Below are positions 45,192 to 57,918 of a stretch of DNA of 64,000 nt, one piece after another (positions within the stretch are counted from its first letter, which is position 1; every line of letters starts with the position of its first letter). This DNA is from Epithemia pelagica (taxonomy: Eukaryota; Protista; Bacillariophyta): NCBI GenBank assembly GCA_946965045.2, contig OX337235.1, positions 868,001 through 932,000 on the forward strand, given 5' to 3'. A model generated the notes under the pieces. That model worked only from the letters and a program-made list of their open reading frames with translations, did not search any database and had not been told where the DNA came from. The position numbers and the translations under genes were made by a program.

Positions 45192-46210
45192 AACCATCCA
45201 TACCACCAACCACATTCATATCACCACCACCACTTGGACCCGCAGTGCCGGAACCAAACCACGAGAACCATGGCAACGACAAGGACGACGACCACAACAA
45301 CAAGGACTGGACCGCCACCACCACCACTCTGCACACGAGTCTTCCACCTGGTCCCTGGAACTCGCACCGCCACGAGTCCCACGGTCGTCGTCGTTGCATT
45401 GGCGAGTATTTGGATGACGTTGTGGATTGGACCGTCTTTGGCTTGTCCCACAACGTGTTGCAGCAAGACTGGGTGACACATGGCCATGGATTGCCCGTCG
45501 TGACACCCACCGATACCCAGTCGCATTGTTTTACCGCCTTTTATAGCCGACACATTCATGCCAGTACCGGAAGTGTCGTGTGGATCGGTCCCAACCACCA
45601 CAATCACCACAATACCAAGGCCGCGCCCGAGGAACACGCTCCAACCACCACAACAACGACACGCCACGCCGACCAAACCCACCACCACCAACAACAACAA
45701 CAACCACAAGGTTCCACCGACACCAATCACCACGACAATCCTCTCTGGACGAAGAAGAAGAATACCGAGCAGGACGATGATTCCCAGTCCCCCGACCGGC
45801 AACACACACCAGCTAGTACCACAACAACAACAACAACCACCACTCGATTATTGGATCGGTCCAACATGGGACACTACGAGGGACAAATTCGAAAATTTAC
45901 ACCCACTGAACTCTTGAGACTGTTTGGATTTCCATCCACGTGGTTGGATGATGATGATGATAAGGATCCAGAACTACTAAACACGACAGTGGACAAGGAC
46001 GGTACTACCCAACCAGATGCACCCAACAACAACAACAACAAGACCACAAAAGGCGCTCCTACTACTACATCCTTACGGTTGCAAACCAAATACAAGTTGA
46101 TTGGCAATTCCATTAATGTCACAGTCGTGTCCATGTTGTTTCACTTTCTCTTGTCACCCGAGGCGGCGGCACCAACAACAACAACAACATCCGTGTGTAC
46201 CACCAAGTAA
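44225..46210 (+). CDS. DNMT2: DNMT2/TRDMT1-type cytosine-C5 methyltransferase
   Basis: Motif I VLEFFSGIGG, IV SPPCQPFT, VI LENVQGF, VIII GIPNHRTRYY, DNMT2-type CFTAFYSRH, IX RKFTPTELLRLFGFP, X KLIGNSINVTVV. First in-frame ATG at 44225; the frame is open from 43919. Confidence 0.9.
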
Positions 46211-46483
46211 TAGGTGCGGAGGCTTGCGTGCCAACAGGACCAACCCAAGAGACTTGTGGTGTGTAGCCCTTGTACGGCACGGCGCCTACTACAGAAGGAG
46301 CTACAATACCGGACAGCCCGCCCGATTCCTCGACCCAACCGTCTTGCTTCCCATACCTCTTGGGTGCCCAATCTTTTGGCGATGTCTAGTGATGAAGCGG
46401 AATCCAATGGTTATTCCGCTGCAATCTCATGATTGAGATTTCCGTTCCAAGCAATTGCGAAATCATATATTCATGTCGAAACG

Positions 46484-48160
46484 TTAGACACCCAATACAC
46501 TTGTGATCGCCCGATGCCAGTCCTTGTCCTCGGGGAATGCCACAAAGATCCGTGTATTTGCCCACATTGTGCCAACTTCAGGGCCTGTCATGAGTTCATT
46601 CTTGTTGCTGTCCAAAATGGGTTTGCTTGGGTCTTCACCCTTTGCAAGATAGTTGTTTCTGGGGCGGCCTGCATACGTATCTGTATAGTTAGGATTCACA
46701 AAGCAAATGTTGAGAGTCTGTGTAATTAAGAGACCCAACATGTCCCGAAATAATCGCAAAGTGCCAAGCTTGAACGCAGGATCCCTCTGCCACGTGGTCT
46801 GAAACGCAAAGTGAACACCTTGAATTACCAAGACACAGTCCGCAAGAGGATAGCTTTTGTCGATCGGATAGTTGACCAGGGCAGGGTTAAACATGTCGTC
46901 GCGAGTGACTTTTCGCTTCGAATGTCCTGCTAGGCCCTTTAAGCTCGTATCAGGCTCGCCTGGAACTCCTTGGTACTGCCATCTCACCTTCCTTGGCCCG
47001 GCTGACAGCATGTGAACAACAGATGCTTCGAGGTCCAATCCCGAAGGATCTCCGGATTTGTTGTTTAGGACCTTTGGCAACATTCGGAGATGGTCCAAGG
47101 GAGATGCGAGGGTCATCTTTTCTGTCACTCTCTGCCGCACATGGTGGCTCGTCAAGGTAAGACTCGGTGCCTTGAAAGGCGCATCTCCATCCGTCGGAAT
47201 ATCAGTGTAACAACAGACGAAACCACTTATATTATCTTGTCTTGCATCCTGATGGTCGTCAATCTGAGCTGCAATGGAACGCAGAGTCTCCGCAGTGACA
47301 TGATTGCACTTGGCGTCCACCTCTTTCTGTTTGATTTCACGGTCCTTGTCCGTTTGAAACAACAAGGACCATTGGAAAATCCCTCCGAAAACCTCAAAAT
47401 TTCGTTCCAGAACTCCCAAATCCAACTTCTCTTCCTCCGCAATGTACTCCATTTCGTTGTATTCCCCAACAGGCATGTACAACTCATGTGGATGTGATTT
47501 CCGGTATTCGTGGATTCGGTCCTTGCGCGGTGACAGCGTGGACAAACTTGGGGCCTCTACAAACAGCGGTGGTTGGTGGACCATCGCAGCCGGCTCATAC
47601 AAGTAAAGAATGTTGCCATGGCCACTCAAGAGCATTTCGACATACGCCTTCGTACCCTTCAAAGCAAAACCCTCACACGTATCCAAGTCCAGGAGGGAGA
47701 AGTTCTCCCCAACCATGCGGATCACAAATCGGAAGATCCGCTTCTTTGTTTCCGACAAGAGGCGACGCACAAGATATACTTGAAACCAGGACTTTCCAGT
47801 ACCAGCGTTACCCGACAGAATAATCTTGGTCCTCTTGGTATTTTGTTCGTCTTGCCATATTTGAATCATCTCATCGTACAAGCGGCTGTAGAAGCCACGC
47901 TCAAAGTAAATGTTCGAAGTTCTCTTGATGAGGTTGAAAACCTTTGGTCTTGGATAGTTCTCCAGTGAGAAGAGAGTGATCCCACAGGTCGCTGGTTGCT
48001 GCTTGGGGACCAGTGTCTTCCAGAACCGCAATTCCTCAGACAGAGGCTCTGATTTATCTACCTCGAGCCTATCCAACGCCTCGGCCACATCCCCGGGGTA
48101 CTGGCAATTGGATCGCAATGCATCTCGCACCGACTTTTGGCTTGGGACATGTACATCCAT
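46484..48160 (-). CDS. Crinkler (CRN)/RHS-type P-loop NTPase plus restriction-endonuclease-fold protein
   Basis: IYFERGFYSRLY, Walker A ILSGNAGTGKS, Walker-B-like LYLYEP, SPRKDRIHEYRK, LYMPV, FEVFGG; C-terminal GLDLE..H and YPLADCVLV..FAFQTT (D..QxT). Single exon; start at 48160 or 48274. Confidence 0.75.
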   Translation of the reverse strand: MDVHVPSQKSVRDALRSNCQYPGDVAEALDRLEVDKSEPLSEELRFWKTLVPKQQPATCGITLFSLENYPRPKVFNLIKRTSNIYFERGFYSRLYDEMIQIWQDEQNTKRTKIILSGNAGTGKSWFQVYLVRRLLSETKKRIFRFVIRMVGENFSLLDLDTCEGFALKGTKAYVEMLLSGHGNILYLYEPAAMVHQPPLFVEAPSLSTLSPRKDRIHEYRKSHPHELYMPVGEYNEMEYIAEEEKLDLGVLERNFEVFGGIFQWSLLFQTDKDREIKQKEVDAKCNHVTAETLRSIAAQIDDHQDARQDNISGFVCCYTDIPTDGDAPFKAPSLTLTSHHVRQRVTEKMTLASPLDHLRMLPKVLNNKSGDPSGLDLEASVVHMLSAGPRKVRWQYQGVPGEPDTSLKGLAGHSKRKVTRDDMFNPALVNYPIDKSYPLADCVLVIQGVHFAFQTTWQRDPAFKLGTLRLFRDMLGLLITQTLNICFVNPNYTDTYAGRPRNNYLAKGEDPSKPILDSNKNELMTGPEVGTMWANTRIFVAFPEDKDWHRAITSVLGV

Positions 48161-48495
48161 GGCAGCAGCATGACCGACATGGTGGACGAGGGGCTTGTGC
48201 TTGTGCTGTTTAGATTTTCGAGTGACGAGGGCATATGTTCGAGGAATACTCCAAATGAGACGAACTACCTGCATACTCTTGTAGCTATTGGAAAATAGGT
48301 AAGCTAGCCTGATAAGTCACAGTGTTAGTCACAGGGATGTTTTAGCATTCTGAACATGAACGTCGATATTGGAAAAGGTCACGGGGAAAAATGTATCAAG
48401 TGGGAGTTAGAACGCAAATTAATACCAACCCGATACGGATGGTTCCCGGTCCAGCATCGATTCGAAGCTCGTGAGTGAAAAAAGAACTGGTACCT

Positions 48496-48810
48496 AACCA
48501 GATGCACCCAACAACAAGAAAGAAGAAAGGCATTACTACAACAACTACTACATCCTTGCAGTTGCAATCCAAAGACAAGTTGATTGGCAATTCCATTAAT
48601 GTCACAGTCGTGTCCATGTTGTTTCACTTTCTCTTGTCACCAAAGGCGGCGGCAACAACATCCATGTCCATCCAGCAACTACTTGCCAGCAGGACGAATA
48701 ACCCAAGAGACTTGTGTGTAGTGATTGTACAGCATGGCTCTTTCTTTCCCGATACAAAACGGAGCCACAATAGCGGACAGACCGATTCCTCGACCCTTCC
48801 GTCTTGCTTC
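48496..48810 (+). pseudogene. Duplicated fragment of the DNMT2 3' end and downstream flank (copy of 46011-46350)
   Basis: 67 bp identical (46092-46158 = 48575-48641, encoding KLIGNSINVTVVSMLFHFLLSP). Diverged similarity runs from AACCAGATGCACCCAAC to GATTCCTCGACCC..CCGTCTTGCTTC. Confidence 0.9.
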
Positions 48811-48892
48811 TCGCGGAAACTATATGCTGGACCAACCGTTGGTCCATCCACAAAGCAAACAAGGTCGCGTGGCTTCTCCACCCTATGGCCGT

Positions 48893-51800
48893 TTACTTGA
48901 TTTCGAGTTTCATGGCCAAATTCATGGCGGCCAGTTCGTTAACCAAGTAACGGTACACATAGGGCATGATGATTGGCTCAATGGCTTCGTCATTGCCCGT
49001 GCCAGTCACCGCCTCGGTGGCTTGCCGACAGGCCGGATCTCGACAAATCAAGCGCAATCGTGGCTTGGACATGGCCTCGGTCACACTTTGACCCGTGGTT
49101 TGAATTTGACACCGTTCCGTCGTGGGCAACAACAAGTCACCACACCGAGAACACACATGGGCCACATGCTTGTCGCTGCAATTCATTAACCGATCCATCA
49201 ATAGGTAGGCCGCACCGTGACTCAACAGACTATCTCGTTCCATTTCTCCCAATCGGATACCACCGCCCTTTTTCCGACCCTTGATGGGTTGTCGAGTCAA
49301 TTGATTGGTTGGACCCGTCGCACGAACCTGATACTTGTCCGACACCATATGACGAAGACGTTGATAGTATACGACCCCAATGTACAAATCGGCATGCATG
49401 ACACACCCCGACACTCCACTGTACAAGGGCTCACTTCCATAGTAATTGTACCCCGCCGCCTGCAATTGTTCTCCAAAGTAATCAATCGATACCTTGTCAC
49501 TCGCCGTTTCGTGAAAGGAAAAGGGCGTACCGTTCTGGAAAAACCCATGCAAAGCACCCGCCTTGGCTGCCATGCTTTCCACCAGCATACCAATCGTCAT
49601 TCGACTGGGAAAGCCTATACATCATTCGGCAATCACCGTGTGTACACAAAGATACAAGGGTTGAGAACTAGAACGAAATAGAGTGTTGCATTGGATCAAC
49701 CAAGCGGTGCATATGTTCATTGGTCACGTACCGTGGGGGTTGAACAAAATGTCGGGAATCATGCCCGATTCGGTAAAGGGCATATCCTCCTGAGGCCACA
49801 GAATACTTAGCACACCCTTTTGTCCATGCCGGCTGGAAAATTTGTCACCAATAATGGGATTGCGAGGATATCTCAAGGTCAACGAAACCTTGTCTGCATC
49901 TTCTTGCGTGTTTTCACTTCCCAGTTTGCGTACACATTGTACATAGGCCACTTCCTTATCCTTGTGTTTGCCAATGGTTTTGGTTTCATTCGTCATGGGA
50001 TCCACGACGGCGTACAATGGATCGCCCTCAGTCACATATCCACCCACGGGTCGTAATCCATCTTCATCCAAATCATCGGCCAAGGAGCGCATTTTACTCT
50101 TGCCTCGATTGGAAAAGACCAGTCGTGCATCGGGGCCCATTCCACAATGTTTGGCCACATCTTTTAAATCCACATCGACAGTCTTGTACACGGCGGCATG
50201 ACCAAAGCCCCGTTCCACCGAGGACTTGTTGAGAATCATGGCATCCTCCATATCAAAGCCTGTATAACTCATGACGGCAATCACGGCATTGGTCCCATTG
50301 GGATATTCATCCATTTTGTATTGACCGTGAATGCTCGTTTGTACCACGGGTGCCTGGGGTGTCATGAGACGATACAATTTGTTGTCGGCTCGGTAGGGCA
50401 GGGAATGAGCCGGTGTTCCCATGGTCTGTTTGCCCATTTGACATTGGTACATGTTTCGTGGCGATTGATTTTGATCCGAAAAGGGTGTCAGGTTCGCAAT
50501 CAAACTCAACATGTTGGTTGGATCCAATTCTTGATGGGTCGTAATGCCTTCTCGAATATCTTCTTCCAAACAGGCAATGTCCATAAAGCCCTGTTCCAAC
50601 GGACCAATGTACTCGACTTTTCCGGATGCACGGTGCAAGACGGGTCGAATCAACCTCGCCGAACTGGTAAAGATAAACAAGCCCGGATAGGGTGCACCCT
50701 TGTTGCCCGGTGGAATCAGTGCCACTTCGGTAGTGGCTGGAATGCGACGACGAGGAGGAGAAGGACGACGACTGATATCTGGTGGCTGCTGTTGTTGTTG
50801 TTGTTGTTGTTGTTGTACCTTCAAGTCTCGTAACATGGCCATGATGCGTTTGCAATCCAAAGGACTGGCTCCTCCCACGACACGTCCATCGACACAGACC
50901 GACAAGTGCGTGTGAGGGGAAATGGTCCGTCCTCCCAGCACCGAAGCCGCACCCGTCGGTACAACACCCAATTCGTACAAGACTTGTTCGACTCGGACGC
51001 TGCCACGATTGTTGTCAAAGGTGTCGTCATTGTCATTGTCATGATTGTGGTTCGTTGGTGGGTCGTCCCCCATTACAGTCGCTGGATAGGACAAGACGGA
51101 ACTTTTCAATGCCAAATGACTGAGCAATCCACACGGTCCTCCATCGGGTGTATGGACGGGACACAAAAATCCCCATTGATCGGGCAAGAGTTTCCGGACG
51201 GCGGTCGTTTTCATTTCCATAAAGAATTGACCGCGATGGACGGATCGGAAATGAGAACAATACCGCAAAAAGTTGAGTCGTTCCGCGACAATGGTATATC
51301 CCGACACTTGCATCAAATCCAAACCCGTCGTCGAAACGATATTGCCCGTGGACAAGAAATGGGCCACCTTTTTGCCAATTCCACCCGACGATTTGTTGGA
51401 ATAGCGATCGACCAGTTTGCCAAAATACTCGGAGGTTTGCACTTTGCGACTGGCCATTTCAAAGTCTTTGCGAAGTTCCATGAGAATGCCCACTCGAACA
51501 TTTTCCAACATTTCTTCAAACTTTTCCTTGACAAAGGTGGAAAGCAAATGTCCGGGTAGCAAAATTTCTTGATTTTGCAAGGAATCGGCATTGTCCACTC
51601 CACAATCACCGGCCGCAAAGGCATAGAGTTTTCGAATCATGTGCAGTAGACATTCCAACTTGTCTCGATAATCTTGCACATGGATCATAATGTATCGACG
51701 AATCAGGTAATGGCCAATTTCCAAATCGGTCGTGGTTTCGGCCCGTTGACTCATGCGACGGAACCGAGCGCCCATATAGGCCAAACATTCCTCCGGAGAA

Positions 51801-53170
51801 TTCAAGTGCGTGTAACGGGCTCGCGCATCTTGCAACAACAACCCGGCACGGGCCACCAAAAAGGTATTCTTGTCATCGCCTTGGACAATCCGACGATACA
51901 ATTCTTGATCGGTAATGCCCATGCCATTGACAACCGGTGCCGATCCACCCGTGTTGGTGGTTGCCGTGCTACTACTCGAGGCAGCCGGAGTGCTGCCGCC
52001 TCCTCCACTACTAAGGGCTCGAACCAAGAGCACAACGGGAATCAAAAATTCTTGTTTGCGCGCGGTAAATCGCAGCGAGGCACCGCCCGTGGTCAAGTAA
52101 TGGACCGTATTGGTCATTGTGGATTGATCGCCCGTGTGTCGAGCACATTTCATGGCCACACCCAAATCGGTATAGGTCGGACCCCGATTCTTGTAATTGG
52201 ACCGTTGAATGGCCGTGGCATAATTCCGTCGCGGCACTTGCAACAATCGGACACAGCGTTCAATGCCATTGACGATAAAATAACCACCCATTTCATTTTG
52301 CTATACACCAAAACAAATATACACGGGGGAGAAGGTCGTACAACGACAACAACAACAACAACAAGCAAGCAAGCAAGACACCAAAAGACAAGAAAATAGA
52401 ACACATCCAATTGTGAGTGAAACCAGGAACGCAGACGGCATACGCTCCATACATACACACAAAACTACTAACTAACTAGTACTCACTTCTTCCTTGTACT
52501 GGACCAATTCGGTGGGTGTCGATTGATGCAAATGACAGGATTTGGACAAGACCATGATGGGCAAATCTCCAAATTCTCGAGGAATCCGCATCGTGGAACC
52601 CGGAAACTCGACCCCATTGCGGCGCTGGACCGTGGTGACACACACCATGCCACGCATGGTACCGGCATACATGAGACGACGTTCGCGACATTCGCGAGGC
52701 AACAAGCTGTTGGAATGACTATTCAAAGAGGAGGCTGTGGCGTTCTGATACATGGGTTTGGACACTCGAACGTTTTCCATCCAAAATCGAAGCACTGTTT
52801 GATCGGCCAATTTGGTCGTTGTCGTTGTGGTTCCTCCACTGGTCGTTGTGGTCGCTGGTTTGGCCAGGACCAATTCGGCTGGTTCCATATCTTGAATACC
52901 GGCCGACAATCCATGATCCAAAAAGTAATTAAACGATTCCACATGGGGTGCCGTCAATTGACGCAATTGTTCGACATCGGTCGTCTGGGGCAAATGGCCA
53001 CTGCGAAAGGACGGACAGGTTTCGACACCACGCTGTGGTTGTTGTTGTGGTCGTCGTCTTGAGGCGGCTTTGGGATCCTTCTTTTGTTGTTGTGGTTTGC
53101 GTTTGGAGGAGGACGATGAAGAACGAGTGACGCGACGAGTCGTCGTCGTCGTCGGAAGATTGTCAATCAT
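48893..53170 (-). CDS. RPA2: RNA polymerase I second-largest subunit; 3 exons, 1324 aa
   Basis: Model complement(join(48893..49614,49732..52300,52487..53170)), 3975 nt. RECRER, NEMGGYFIVNG, NQSPRNMYQCQMGKQTMG, GDKFSSRHGQKG, NPHGFPSRMT, GGIRLGEMERD. Confidence 0.95.
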
Positions 53171-53527
53171 GGTGGATGATGGGGGTCAACACAGAACAGC
53201 GAAAATCTAAAAAATGGATGGAGGTCGGAACAACATCCGTGAATCGCGGAAAACTTTCATGACTCCATACGAGTCGCGGTTGATTCTTAGAACGGACGAT
53301 GGACAAACACGTAGTGTATGGTGACGCAAGACAATGGATACCATCGATCATTGCTTTTTGTCAACCCCGTCTTTTGTCTTGGTGATCACGAGAAGACCTC
53401 TATCCTCTATAGTTTGCAGATACCCAGGCTGTTTCTATAGATCTTCACTCGATTCATTGATTCGACGCAACGGCAGTGTTTGCGTTGTATTGTATTTGAT
53501 TGATTGGAGTGTGGTGGTGTTGTGTGC

Positions 53528-54994
53528 ATGGCAAAGGACAACCACGACACTCAAGAAGCAGAAGCAAAAGATCCTCATCATTGTCACGACGACGAAGAAT
53601 CCCAATACTTGCTGGTAGAAGACCCCGTGAGCTTGGGAACCACCTCCCAGCAAGAACCAGCATCTCCCACCCGCGATCCAACAGCAGCAGTAGTAGAGTC
53701 ACACACCGCAGCTCGTACCGAACCACCCAGTATCAGTATGAGCACCCTTTCCGATACGAGCAGCAGCGCTCCCATTTCGCAACACGATGCCCTGATGGAA
53801 CTCTTGGCACCGGATGGATATTATCGGTATTTGGGCGTGGAAAAATTGCGGGTCGACACCACTACAAATAGCAACAATAGCAATCAGCAGGGTCCAACCT
53901 TTACCGTGGACGAAGATGCCGTAAAAAAATCCTATCGCAAATTGAGTCGACGACATCATCCCGACAAGGGTGGCGATCCCAATACCTTTCGATTGTTGAA
54001 TCGTGCCCAACGAGTCCTATTGCACCCCAAATTACGAGCCCAATACGACAATTTGGGCATTGATTTGGACGATGACGATGCCACGACCGACCATGACGAC
54101 AATACTGCCACGACCAATGCCGCCGACGATCCCCCCAAGGACGAAGGCAATGGCATTTCGCAAGGGATCATCTCCGAATTGGCCAGTTTGGCCTTGACGG
54201 GTATCTTTCAATTGACAATACGCACCGGTACGTGGGTGTTTTGTCAAGGTTTGTGAAGCAAACATTGACCTTTCTCTCTCACACGCACGTCTTCTTTTTT
54301 GGCTTGTTCGTCGTCTGTCGTTGGTTTCTGTTTTCTGCCGTGTATCTGATTGTTTTTCACAGCCCTCATGGGCGTCGCGGCCGTTCTCATTGTTCGATAT
54401 CGTTGGACCTTGTTTCCTGCTCTCTTGTTTTTGCTCTATGTCATTGTTCAAATTATTGGAAAGGCATCGATACGAGGAGGGTCCGTCTATGACAGTGGAA
54501 CCACCAGTTGGACCGATGCCTTGTCTCCGGCACTCATCATGGTCGGATTGGTCTGCATGTATCTCGGACGGACCAGCAGCACTCCGGTCCCAAACAACGA
54601 CGAGGATCCCACAACACCACAATCCACAACAACAACACAGGAATGGACGTGGTTGTTTTGGTTGGGCGAAACCATGGTCTTGGCCTTGTTTTCCTACAAT
54701 AGTTTACCCACCATTTCCTGGAATGCCCTGTCATGGACCATTTTGGCCGGCGTGGCCGCGATCCTAGCACTTTGGTTTCGAGGCAAATTTTTCAATTACC
54801 TGACGGTCGTGGTCTTGGAACTCGTCCTGGCCCTGTTGGTGGCCATGGCCTTTCCCATTATCGAATTACTCTTGGAAACCATTTTGAATGAAAAGTTGCG
54901 CAAGGTGGGAGAAAAAATTCGCTCTCATCATTTGCAATTGGAAGAATACTATGCCCAGAAATATAACAATGGTGGGAGACCCAAGAATTCCTAA
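53528..54994 (+). CDS. DnaJ-domain membrane protein; 2 exons
   Basis: Model join(53528..54227,54363..54994), 1332 nt. J-domain KKSYRKLSRRHHPDKGG followed by several TM helices. Confidence 0.88.
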
Positions 54995-55829
54995 ACTAAT
55001 AGATCGTATATAGCTGTGCTACTACGGTACAGTGTGTCGTACCGATGATAGCCATAAGAAAGATCCGATCCTTTGGATAGAAACTGCTGCAAGGCCAATT
55101 GGTTTCACGAGTGAATCGTAGAGTCGTATCCTTAGAACTGGTTATACACAAAGACCGAAAAGTGCTTTGAAGTAAACCAAGTCGCCTCAATTCCACAAAG
55201 CCTCCATTGTCCTGTGAGGTTGCTGAACAGTACTTTTGATACAGAGAGCAGGCAACAAACTGGCAAACCAATATATCCTAAGTACTGTTACATCATTCTA
55301 GTTCGATCCAAGCTTGTTGTAGACCATCCAGATATTGACTTCACACCTTTCCGTCCTTCCAATCCATCACCACCATCCTTCTGTCATCATCCTTCCATCA
55401 GAGGTTTTGCCACTTTTTTGTTATAATACTAATTCTTGATTTCGTTCGTTTTCTGTCACACACAAAAAGAGACCCCCAGTGGAATCCCGTCCTGTATTCA
55501 TTGTTCCCTCACGCGTGAATTATCACGATCAGGTTCCAACGGTTTTCGAAAGTCTATCCGCCAAAATTCAGCAGACTTCAGTTCTCAGCCAGATCTATAA
55601 TCTCTCTCTCTCATATATAGTAGAGAGAGAAAGGAATTATAGAGTCAGCACCCGCAAACGAATACAGCGGTTCCCAAATGGAGTCGCTTCACACACTTTG
55701 ATAGTTCTTGTTGTTCTTGTTGGTTTCTTTTTCGGTTTTGTAGTTTTCTTGGTCGATCTTCTTCATAGTTCTTGCACATATAATAGTAGAGTTCTCATTC
55801 TCGGATACGGTTTTGCGAGTAATGGTGGT

Positions 55830-57602
55830 TTACGAGACATCCTCGGGTTCATCCTTGTTGACAATCACTTCTTGCTCCTCCTGGTCCACAGAATACTGGT
55901 CCAGGGAGACTTCCTGGAACTTGATGGGGTCACTGCCTTCTTCGGCTTCTTCCGAGGGCGGCGATTCCGTTTCCACATCATCCTTATCAAAGGCAATGGG
56001 AATGAGCGGACTGCGCGCGCGTTCTCCACGGAACATGAGATCCAAGTAGGTGGCCAGGTAGGTGACAATGACACTCATGGTCGGTGTCATGATGAAGGTA
56101 ATCATGGTTTCATTGCCACAGAGGGCACAAATCCCTTCGTTGCGGAGCCAAAAGTACTTGAGAAAGTTTCCATCCAAATCATTGATAATGCCCATGACCA
56201 CGACGGTAATAAAGCCGGCAATGCAACCCAAAAAGGCCCCCACTTCGGTCGGAGCTTTCAAAATACCATAATCCTTGGTTTGCAATCCACAAAAGACGGG
56301 AAAGACGGCCGTGGCACAGACAATATCCGCCACCAAGAACAAACTAATGACATCGTACTTGTCACTGGCCATCCAAATGGCCGGAATGTTAATGGCCGCA
56401 ATAAAGAAACGAGTTACCCAGACTGGATTCCAACCCGCCTTGACCAAATCACGAGAAAAGATGCTCGCCAATCCATTCTGTAAGGAATCAATGCTACTCG
56501 CCGACAGGGCAGTGACCAAGATGAGGGTGAGGATATGCCATCCATTCTTGAGTGACTCCAAGAGATCAAAGAAGGACAAATAGGCAAACTTTTCAAAGTT
56601 GTCGTAGGCTTCAGGATCATTGGCATAGGCAATCATACCCATGACACCAAAGAACATCATGAGAAAAAAGACCATGACGGCACCCAATCCAAAGCCTCGA
56701 CGCATGACACGGTCGTCCTTGGCCGCAAAGACTCGAATCCACGTGGCTTGGTTAAAGAGTTCGGCACTGGCAATGGCAATCACCAGAGTCAAGGCCGCCT
56801 TGGCTCCTTGTCCGGTCCAGTTGGAGGCTTGATCAAATTCTTCACGTGAGACACTGTTTTCATCCTCCAAGCTCACGGCAAAGGTGAGCAAGATGACCAA
56901 GATTGCCATAATGACACCTTGAAACTTGTCCGTGACAATCGAAGCCGGCACACCGCCCACCATGGTGTAAAAAATGGTAAAAATACCCAAGGCAACCGTA
57001 ATACCAATTCCATAACGCTTCGAGTCTTCTCCCGTCAACAAGGCATAGACATTGCTAATGGAGGTGAGTTCGGCCACAATGTAAATAAACATGTAAAATC
57101 CAGACACAATGGCAATGGCCACTTGCATACAACGGCCGTAACGAGCCCGTCCAAAATCGGTCGTACTAAAGGCCTTATCGGCCGACATGCGATTGACCAA
57201 GGGTCCGAGCCAAATTCCAATGCAAATGGCAGGAAAGGCCGAGGCAAAGGAGTATCCAATCACACCCAACCACGAAAGTTCCGGTGTGGCACCCATTTCC
57301 GTGGTTCCGTACAAGACCCAGGCGCCCATGCCCGAAGCAAAAAAGGACAAGGCCAAGGACCATACTCCAGCGGAACGGCGAGCCGTCAAAAAGTGATCCG
57401 TGTTGGACACATAGCCGCCGACACCTTTGCCATCCAGGGATGAGGACGAGGACGAAGAGGCTGGCTTGAGGGTACAAAAATCCGAAATGTGGCCGGGCAA
57501 CGCCTTGAAATATCCAGCCGCTCCAAACGCCAAGAGCGTAAAGAAGACCAAGACGGAATAGAGGACGGCATTCGCCGCCTCCTTGCTCACATCAAAACCC
57601 AT
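55830..57602 (-). CDS. Sodium:solute symporter (SSS) family transporter, 590 aa
   Basis: About 13-14 TM helices; SFFASGMGAW, GGVPASIVTDKFQ, QATWIRVFAAK, ALSASSIDS. Confidence 0.9.
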   Translation of the reverse strand: MGFDVSKEAANAVLYSVLVFFTLLAFGAAGYFKALPGHISDFCTLKPASSSSSSSLDGKGVGGYVSNTDHFLTARRSAGVWSLALSFFASGMGAWVLYGTTEMGATPELSWLGVIGYSFASAFPAICIGIWLGPLVNRMSADKAFSTTDFGRARYGRCMQVAIAIVSGFYMFIYIVAELTSISNVYALLTGEDSKRYGIGITVALGIFTIFYTMVGGVPASIVTDKFQGVIMAILVILLTFAVSLEDENSVSREEFDQASNWTGQGAKAALTLVIAIASAELFNQATWIRVFAAKDDRVMRRGFGLGAVMVFFLMMFFGVMGMIAYANDPEAYDNFEKFAYLSFFDLLESLKNGWHILTLILVTALSASSIDSLQNGLASIFSRDLVKAGWNPVWVTRFFIAAINIPAIWMASDKYDVISLFLVADIVCATAVFPVFCGLQTKDYGILKAPTEVGAFLGCIAGFITVVVMGIINDLDGNFLKYFWLRNEGICALCGNETMITFIMTPTMSVIVTYLATYLDLMFRGERARSPLIPIAFDKDDVETESPPSEEAEEGSDPIKFQEVSLDQYSVDQEEQEVIVNKDEPEDVS

Positions 57603-57918
57603 TGTGCTTGGCTACGTTTCGCCACAACAAAACGAAGATGCGTGTGTCTTGACACACTTCCTCACGCACCTCTTTTGTGGTTTGTGGGTGCAGATTGCAG
57701 ATCGGAACTTCAGTAGAGTAATTTAGTGGTGAGATGAGTGATGGGTGATGAGCCTACTCCCAAGCCGGTATGATTTTTCGGTCGCGCGTGATTTCAATGT
57801 TACAGCATTGACGAGAACACAAGACTCACCATTCCGCTAGGGCGTAGTGATGAGCCCGATCTATCTTTTTCCCTACCTTCTCTACCTACTGCTACTACTC
57901 CTGTAGATCTAAAGATGA

